A stretch of DNA of 38,568 nucleotides from Catajapyx aquilonaris (Eukaryota), in contig KZ538962.1 of assembly GCA_000934665.2 (NCBI GenBank), positions 1-38,568 on the forward strand, given 5' to 3'. Every line of letters begins with the position of its first letter. Position 1 is the stretch's first letter. The notes under the pieces are model-generated. The model had not been told where the DNA came from. It saw only the letters and a program-made list of their open reading frames with translations, and did no database searches. A program made the translations under genes and the position numbers. Of this stretch, positions 25,834 through 35,700 are shown in pieces.

Positions 25834-28800
25834 GTTGTTGTTGTTGTTGTTGTTGTTATTAAAGTGACACTTTCACTGGCATAGGTTGGTAGGTATGTTC
25901 TGCTAGGCCCTGGCTACCACTAGCTACCTCGCCGCACGTATTTCAACCCCTGGGGCATGAGCAATAAATTGTTGCTGGAGTCGCGAAATGTGTGCCGTAG
26001 ACTATGTGCTGTAATTGTACTGCACATGTGATTTCTAACAGTAGTAGAGTTTGCCAGAGTGTGAGGAGGAAAACATGCTACCAGGCTGGACCAGAATTTA
26101 ACAGACAGCCATTGTCCGACATCTTTCGATGCACAAATAACTTCATTGAGCCATCATAATTATATTCAATAACATTTATTTCATTACAAGACACGGCATA
26201 TATAAATCAAAATTAGACATTCAACAGCCTGCTTCGATGTTATACTCCTGACTCACAAATACACTGTACTGTACTCCCGATTATCCGGGTATGGATTATC
26301 CGTGCTTGGCCAAAAACAATATTATAATTTAAGCCCTAAAAATGGGTCAAATTTTCGTCACACTGCTAGGTACTGCGAAGAGCTGATACTGCTAACTTAG
26401 CAGTAGTACCAGTGCCTTAATGGCACTGCTATAGCTAGCAGTAGACTATCTAGCAGTGGGACGAAAATTCCACCCACTGTCAATATGTCTCGCCAAAGAA
26501 AAAAATATAACAGATTTTTTCTAAAAGACAAAGTAAAAATCTATGTTAAGTTTCATGATTTTGATTCAACCTTGTGCCCAACCTTGCACAGTAGTACACT
26601 ACATCAAAAACCGTTGAATAGCTCATTAAAAAAAAATAACATTAGGTTGTGTCGGGAACACAAGCCGCAGCTTTTGACGTGAAGACGTCTTTAAAATCGG
26701 ATCAGTATTGGGGGAGTGAATTGATTGCTTATTACTGTATCAGTATTGAAGTCTGGACGTACATGCATGGTGACCCTAAAGTCTGGACACTCATGGTGAA
26801 TTTCCCTGCATGCCCCCCTGCATGCCCCCGCCGCGCCATGGGCCCCATGGCAGGACCCCCTGGCAGGGTCCTGACTATAACACTCACACCAGTCACACGC
26901 CACTTAGGATATAGTAGACTCGGATATAATAGCCTGTAACTCTTCTGTAACGCTCGAGTTTGCCTCCATGCCCCCTATGCGGATCCGAATTTAGCCACTC
27001 CGGATATAGTAGACTCGGTTATAACAGACTCGGATATAGTAGACTTGGATATAGTATACTCGGATATAGTAGACTGTAACGCTTTTCTGTACCGCTCGAG
27101 TTTGCCTCCATGCCCCCTATGCGGATCCGAATTTAGCCACTCCGGATATAGTAGACTCGGTTATAATAGACTCGGCTATAATAGACTGTAAAGCTTTTCT
27201 GTAACGCTCGAGTTTGCCTGCATGCCCCCCCTCTATACGGACCCGATTTTAAAGACGTATTCACGTCAAAAGACACCCCTAGAGAGAAAACGGCCCGAGT
27301 GAGGCCACCATACTTTATAATTGATATTTAAGGAGGTTGTCCCAGCATTGCCTTTCAACCTCCAAGGATAGGGAAGGACGGAAGCGGCTGTGGCCCATTA
27401 TACGGAAGCAACCCCGGAATTATCCTAGAAAGACCGTGGAAAACCACAGAAAACCACGGTCAAGGTTGCCGGCCCCGGGATTCGAACCCAGGACCCTCCC
27501 GATTAGCAGTCGGACGCCTTATCCACTATGCCAACCTGCTTCGGTTACCATACTGTTACCATACTGTGTTTATCCATCTTGGTAGTGAGCAGCCACCGGA
27601 CACTACCACTACAATCTTATCTTATCGCCTGCCGGGGCGTTTTGCATGAGGTGCTCACTTGAGAGCGCCATGAGACCTTTCACTGCTACAATATGTGGCG
27701 ACCCTACCAGACCGCGCTGAACTTTATAGGTACAAAATGGAAGCGCTACATTGGGGGACCCAACATGGTCGCCGGCGGCCATGTTGGGCCCGCATGTAGC
27801 GGCTTCCCTTCTACCTAAGTTCAGCGCAGTCGGGTATAGGGTCGCCACATATTGTAGCAGTGAAAAGCGGTCTCATGACGCTCTCAAGTGAGCACCTCAT
27901 GCAAAACGCCCTGGCAGGCGATAAGAGGGAGTGACCAGACCTTTAGTATTCTAAGACCATGGTAGTGAGTAAGGAGCGATTGGGGCGGGGAATATACAGT
28001 ATTAGAAGCTCATCGCTACAGCTTGATGGTGCCGGTTCCACCACTCCCCCGAACAAAATTATTTGCTGTCCTTTGAAAGAATTTCCTGAATTAATGCACC
28101 ACATAAAAATATTAACCATGTGATCACAGTAAGTCAGGCAATAAGTAGACCCATAAAGCAGGTGTGAATTATTTCTCAATTATGTTGTGTTTATGCAGCA
28201 TATTATTCAATAATTTTTATTGTTAATTTTTTACCCCTTTATGGACCAAACTGGCCTTTTGGGGGGACTTTATTAAAGAATATGGAAGTACTGATATGGC
28301 TTTAATGTACCTTTTAGGCGGGCCTGTGGTGGTGGACCTACTCGTAAGAGTTCTGGAAGTCAACCATGTGAACGAAGATGAATCAGTGAGTATATGAGCT
28401 TGATATAACAAAAGTTGCCGTTACTTATTCTTGCGATGTTTCTTGGCAGTATAGGTCATAGTGGGTATATTCATCTTAAATCCAAATAAAACATACGGTA
28501 TCTATAATAATTAATGTTCATGCTGAAGATTATTAGGTTGTGAGATATATTAGACAAGTCTATATATAATATTTAATATTTCACAGTCGCATAATCCGCG
28601 TACACTGCAGCTTCTTTATCGCAGGTCAGGGGTGGTCCACCTATGGATCCCCGTCACTGGCCCAGACTGTCAAAATTTTAATGAAATCAGGCTTAATGAC
28701 TGAAAAGACCGTAGTTCCTTACTCAGATTAATCTAGGAAATTAAACATGAAAATATGCACGTTGATGCAAGCTTGAAAAATGGGGGTAAGGGATTATTGA

Positions 28801-29680
28801 ACCTTCTCTAACGCATGCGATTTCATACGTTCAAGGATGAAGCCCGCAGGGAATGTTTGCGATTCCTGATTTAGGTATCACGAGTCAGTGTGCCCATATC
28901 TGCCCTCTCACAAGGAAATTATTCTTAATTTTTCTCTCTAGGAAGTATGAAGAGCTTAATATACGCAATATCAAAGTTTCCTGTGTGTCTACAGTTTTTA
29001 AAGTTTATTTGCCTGGAGTCATTGATCCAACTGTGTATCCAACTATAGTCCGGATCGTATTAAGCTGTTCCAGGAAGGTACGCAACTGACAAGTACACAC
29101 AGAGAACATGCAATCCATTATTGTATAACAGGTTTAATTAACGCATTTACTCACTGGAGTCTGCTATACAGTACCGGTATATTATGTCTTCTAAAACTAG
29201 TGAGTCGGGTTTAAAAAAAATCGCATCGTGTTAAGCAATATAGGAAGACTAGGGCCTAATATAAATTATAAACAATAAATAACTCTTAAATCACGTATAT
29301 TTATTTCCCCGTCCTTCCAGCATTGTATCTTATTAACTCTGGCAAATCATATTATTGGCTATTATTCCTGCACTGAGGTTAGCATAGTTTTGAGTCATGC
29401 TCCAGTACAAGTTGTAGTGACGAGACCTTTGTTTTTACAGGAACTGACCATGACCTTGCGCGTCCATCTCTTCTGGGAAGACAACAGGCTACTTATTAAT
29501 AACGACGAGGAAATAGTGGCCCTACGTATAAGCCTGAAAGATTACATATGGGTTCCCGATTTGACTGTCCTCAACATCAAAGAAATGAAGCGCCTCAAAG
29601 CCCTGCATTTGTTGGAAAATTTGCGTTTGCTTCCTCATCGCATCCTGCATTATGTGTTTGAGTAAGTCGATTATTATTAT

Positions 29681-29764
<84 letters not shown>

Positions 29765-32700
29765 AAGAATAATAAATTAATCCAACATAAGCAGTGCTTG
29801 AGACATGCCATACATAGTGCTTCAATGAAAGCGTATAGCAGTAACCGATCCTGCAGTACTACGGTACTGATATTATATTATATAATATTATATGATTTCA
29901 AATTTTTTGCTAATTAAAACTTTCTATGCTACACCTGAGCGTATACTTTTAATGCGCCTTGCACTACTGTGTTAATGAAAATATGAAAGCGCTATATATA
30001 TACAGTGCATCGACCGGCAGTGTTTGTGTGTCTCTCGGTGGGTATACCTGTATCCTAATTACTGCTTGACCAACATGTATGTAGTATCTTTTGACTTGGT
30101 GGAATCAGGTGAGCTTACTACTGGACTGGTAGACTATAATAATGTCAAGGTTGCAAATTCTCTCCGATTATTCCCATGCACGTGCAACGCATTTTTCAGC
30201 TTCTACGCAGTAGCCCTATTTAGTGCGCTCCTGCAGCATACATTTCGTGGCTCTACCAATGAACAGTCGCAAATGTAATATAATGGCGATTTCTGTCGAC
30301 TGACTAGGTAAGGAGAGGCTTCAAAGAGTTCTTTGTAAAACTAGGGGTTTGTCGTTTGTCGCTGATCTGGTGGAGTAAACATCGATAATGATGTCCGGTA
30401 CTGTACAGTAGCGTACAGTAGAAGAAGAGATAGCAACGGTTTTATAATCAACAAGTTGGTACTTCTTACTGCTACGCTTTCATATCGGGAGACCCGCACT
30501 TTTACCTACTTTCCTAGGCTTGTATCTGCTGAAAGATAGGCGTGGATCCGCCGCCGGGAAGGAAAGTTAGGTCATGGGGTATATTGGTACAGCGTGCACC
30601 TACCCTTGCCTAAACATCTCAATAATAATAATAATAATTTGCATTTTTGCACAACTTTTTCAGGCATAGCCTCCAGTACGTACAGTACTGCTGTAATTAT
30701 TCGTCAGGTTGTTCAAACAAAAGTATAGGCTCTATGTTCATTTTTGCTATATACTTCCTCTAAAACTGGCTTATTGTTCCTCTGGTAATTATGTTTTCAT
30801 CTCCACTCAGCTGTGTGCATGATAGCAAATTATGCTAAGGAACTTTGATAAATTTGCTTAATATCAATTAATATGCACTAGTTAAAATAATTGTTCCCAC
30901 TTCTAGCGAGTTGTTCCTTTTTTGATCAAATGTTGCAATGTTAGACACAATATTACATATATATATATTATATAATATACCGGTAATATATAATATATAA
31001 TATATAATATATAATATCATATCATATCATATATTGAACATGGTTTACATTGTTAAAAATAGTCAGAAATTGTTACATGATCTGGCATGATTTAGCCCTG
31101 TTTCTCTCTCGACCTTCTGGTTTCGGTTGTGGAGTAAAGTTATGTAACGTGGAAGCCATCAATGCTTATTAGTGTTACTGGGGAAAATTAGTTATTTTCT
31201 AGAACGTACCCGCTGCATTTAAAGTGCTGCTTTTTAGGAAACATCACTTGCACAGAGCATTGTAACAAAGACTGGCAACACTCTTAACCCTTTGATGACG
31301 GAGTTTTTGAGGGATTGCATTTCCCCAGGGCCTGAGTTTTTTCCCCCCATTTCCGGAAATTTTATGACCTCACCGATTTTCTTCAAATTCGGTGCATTGG
31401 TAGCCCACACCAAGGAATGAAAAACGCACCTATAGTTACCTGATAAAAATTACCCTGTGAACCATTTTTGAAGGGGGCAGAGGTCAAATCGGATTACCGC
31501 CGGACTACCCTTGGATTACCCCCTGGATTACTCGGATTACCCCCGGACTACTCTCATACTACCCCCAGATTACCCCTCGGACTACCGTGATTACCCCCGG
31601 ACTACCTATACTGTATACGAAGGTGTACCCCTCAGTTGCTATAGTTATACTGGCTCGACGCATATAGGAACAAAACCAATAAATGCTACCATATAATAAT
31701 ACAATAATGTAATAATGACCATGTGACAATAATGCAACAATACAATAATGTAATAATGACCATGTTACAATAATGCAACAATACAATAATGTAATTATAA
31801 ATTAATAAATTAATAAATTGGGTCACGAGGTCATTTTGATCAGGTGACTATAGGTGCGTTTTTCATCCCTTGGGGAGGGCTACCAATGGACCGAATTGGA
31901 AGAAAATCGGTGAGGTCGAAATTTTATGATTTGACCTCTGCCCCCCTCAAAAATGGGTCACAGGGTCATTTTGATCAGGTGGCTATAGGTGCGTTTTTCA
32001 TCCCTTGGGGTGGGATACCAATGCACCGAATTTGAAAAAAATCGGTGGGGTTGGAATTTTTTGAGTTGAAAAATGACCCAAGTTGGCAGGGCAAATCTCA
32101 GGACATCATATGATGTCCGTAGGCCCTCCAGCAATGTAAGCTCGGACATCATATGATGTCCGTAGGCATCAAAGGGTTAAGGTCAACTTTTTACGCAGTT
32201 TTGCTCATTTATACACCCCCAATTATTTTCATTTTGGTATAAATCAATAGGTCTATTGTTGTTATTGTTATTATTGCTGTTGTTGACTGCTCTTGAATAG
32301 ACCAGGGTCAGTAGTGTGGAAAAATAATTTACTGTTGACCCTGTCAGGCTGAATGCCTTGCTGCTGCGTCATGTTTGTTCGTTGTTTGTCCGTCATAATG
32401 AGCCAGAGATTTCATCACCAGTCCCTTTCTTTTGTCTGAGGCATCCGCAGCCTTTGTAGTATTTTTTGTTGTTTACACACCGCGAAAGATTAGTCGCAGT
32501 AATGACACTGCATGTGAACACCCTGTCTCACTCTTTGAATGGCTGAAGGAGACAAACAAATTGCGTAAAAAATAGCTTGACAGTCTGCTGGCATTTACGT
32601 GAGTACACAATCGTGGCATTAACTATCAAAAGATAGGGCTGTGAAATCTTAGCCTCAAAAAAACAACTTGCTAACACGTGACAGTGTATCCGAAGCAAAT

Positions 32701-35700
32701 GGAAGAAGTTGCAAAAATTTCAAATATTTAACTATTCAGAAGTCCCTTTGTTGCGTTAAGGATCAGTCACGTGATACTTGCTATTTTTAATAACAATATT
32801 TCGTTTCCAAATTTTTCCTACATACTCATATCTGATGATAGGTTATTATGCTGAGATTATATTTCATATATTCACGAAGTTTTATTTATTTGTTTATTTA
32901 TTATGTAGCCCCTTGCAAGGCTATAACCCTTTTGGGGGGATATACAGGGTGTATCTGAACTCAGTGCCCCGACGTATATGACTGCCTTCCTAGCCACCAG
33001 AGGATCGATTTAAGTATAGGAGTCATTATGTTTGGCCGCCTCATTACGGAGATAATTGGCCGCAAACATGTAGTACAAAATATCCTGTCGGTTAGGCCAC
33101 CCATCGAACCCTCCCCCAGTCAGAAGGCTCTGGAAGGTCTGGGGGCGGGACTTTGTTGGTTTGTTGCCCACAGGTGGTAAGGCCTCTTTGGCTAGTTACA
33201 CCAGAAAATTCAATTTAAAAGTCAGAAGGAGCGATTAGGCAAAAATCGCTAAAGAGTGTATCTCCGTAATGCGGCGGCCAAACATAATGATTCCTATACT
33301 TAAATCGATCCTCTGGTGGCTAGGAAGGCAGTCATATACGTCGGGGCACTGAGTTCAGATACACCCTGTATTCACGAAGTTATTATTGCTGTTGTATTGA
33401 ATGTATGTTAATTTGTGTAATGTGTTTAACATAATTTTTAAAAATTCAACTGGCATCTCCTTTCATCATTACTACACTTTCATACGGAAATATTGTTGAT
33501 TGTGATGAATTTCTGCGATAAACTAGAGCGACCGGAATGAAATTGCAAGTGCCATTCAATGTGATGGGAGAACTAATTGGAACAAAACCAAACGATCCTA
33601 CGTAAGTGTACTTTTACCCCACAGGAAGTAGCCTACTCAAATATTTTACTGTCCGACACAGTGTTGCACAATTCTCCAAAATCGTTTTCCGTTATTCACA
33701 ACACCACCTAATATTTTCCGGACCAATTTTTTGCACATCTTTTGAGCGAGTATAATACTATACCAGGAGACTTGTTCGATATTAGAAAATCAGTCAACAT
33801 GCAGAATATGAAAGTTCCATACATTGTTTGCTGCACTGTACAGTTATTTACTAAACAGGTCTTATATGGCACTAGATCTCTCGTTGCCGTTAAGACTGTG
33901 CATGCCTTATCATTACTTCACCTTCCCAGTCAAATGAAAAGACTGCAAAATATTCATAGGGCAAGGCTTATCCAAACATTCTCTCTTGGCCCACAGTTGT
34001 GAATTAACGATCGTCTGCAACATGGATTTTCGGCTGTTTCCACTGGATTGGCAGCACTGCCCTGTGGAATTCGCAAGCTGTAAGTACAAGGGTATATAGC
34101 TGCTGACAGCACTGATCTCTCCTAGGACCTGTACACTAGTCATCTTCACTAGTCCTGACAACCCTGGCTGCCGGGGTGTCAAAAGGACTAAATTAGAAAC
34201 ATAGCAGAGTTGCTGGCGCCCAATCTTAGCTTCAATCAGGGCCTGCATCAATCAGTGTGCAGCTCTGCCACCTATATTGCGAAAACTCTCTTCTCCTTGA
34301 AATACCCGCTTGTTCTTTTCTCGATTCGTCCAAGCCAAGATACAACTACGGGCCGTAAATCTCTTGGTACTAATTTATCACATCACATAATTCTGGCTGC
34401 CAGAAAAATGACAGAAGAGGCTAGTTAGATTGAGTAGTAAATTGGTATGTCGCTTCAATATTTCAAATTATGATATCTAATAATTGAGAGAAAAATATAT
34501 TAAAAGGATATCAACGAACTTCCGTATTTTGAACTCAATAACCTAAATTAGTGAAGAGTCAATAGAGGGAGTGATATTTTATGAAAACAAACTATAAAAG
34601 TGACTGTTTGCTTTCAACCCATGTTGTTCAATGTACTTAAAGGGACACTCCACTCAAAATACAAGTTGATCTGTAAAAATCAGGAAAAAAAATCCTGATT
34701 CCGGTGATACCATCCGTTTATCTCTGAGACGAACGGTAATGTCAGGGGAAGAGACGAAAGTCGGAAAAAATTCGAGGTCTGTTCGAGAGTGGCGCCTCCT
34801 GGCCACCTGGCCAAGTTAGGCGACGTTGGATAGTAGCGCCGCGCCGCCCTTCCCAACGGCGACTTGGATAAGTTGCCTGCGGGTATGGGGATCCGTGGGG
34901 ATCTGGTTGTGTCCGAAGCCAACTTCCCCTAGTGCCCGTTGGGAAGAGCGGCGCTCTATCCAACGTCGCCTAACTTGGCCAGGTGGCCAGGCGGCGCCAC
35001 TCTCGAACAGACCTCGAATTTTTTCCGACTTTCGTCTCTTCCCCTGACATTACCGTTCGTCTCAGAGATAAACGGATGGTATCACCGGAATCAGGATTTT
35101 TTGCCTGATTTTTACAGATCAACTTGTATTTTGAGTGGAGTGTCCCTTTAAGCAGTGATCTGGTAACAATCAATTCAGTGTATACCACTTCTAACTTCAG
35201 ATCAACTCCCACAATCAAGCTTGAGATTCCAATGGCGAGACTTAGGTGTACTTCTTGGCCGAAAACCGGACAAGTTGGCCGAGTACAAAGTGAGTGTATA
35301 CAAGGTTCCAGATGAGATACATGACGATCCTAACTCAGGTACTCATTTTTGTATTTTTGTACAGTGTTGGTCATATATCGAGGCAACCGCCAGCGACATT
35401 TTCCGAAGCGGCAGAAGAAGGAATCGAAGATAAGCATACTTACAAGCCGGGCGAGCAAGATTCCTTCTTCTGCCGCTTCGGAAAATGTCACTGGCGGTTG
35501 CCTCGATATACACTCTAAGAAATGTCCGGGTTAAATGTATTTATCCCGGAAAAAAGATCACTTTTGTCATGGTTATTTAACCCGGACATTTCTTATGTCC
35601 GGGTTAAATAACCATGACTAAGAAATGTCCGGGTTAAATAACCATGACAAAAGTGATCTTTTTTCCGGGATAAATACATTTAACCCGGACATTTCGTAGA

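Noticed and set aside
26900..27230. Regularly spaced short repeats resembling a CRISPR array
   Set aside because: The spacers are themselves repeated, the context is a eukaryotic intron, and there are no cas genes.
30006..30108. Cys-rich stretch CIDRQCLCVSRWVYLYPNYC resembling an alternative Cys-loop exon
   Set aside because: Lacks the FPxDxQ register, is in the wrong phase (stop codon if spliced after exon 3), and the real Cys-loop exon is at 33997.
33527..33601. 75-nt frame-preserving cassette-exon candidate in channel intron 3
   Set aside because: Good donor but weak acceptor, no pLGIC similarity, and it would insert 25 aa into a core beta strand; needs RNA evidence.
34680..35218. Mirror-image ORFs on both strands
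   Set aside because: Artefact of the palindromic MITE.
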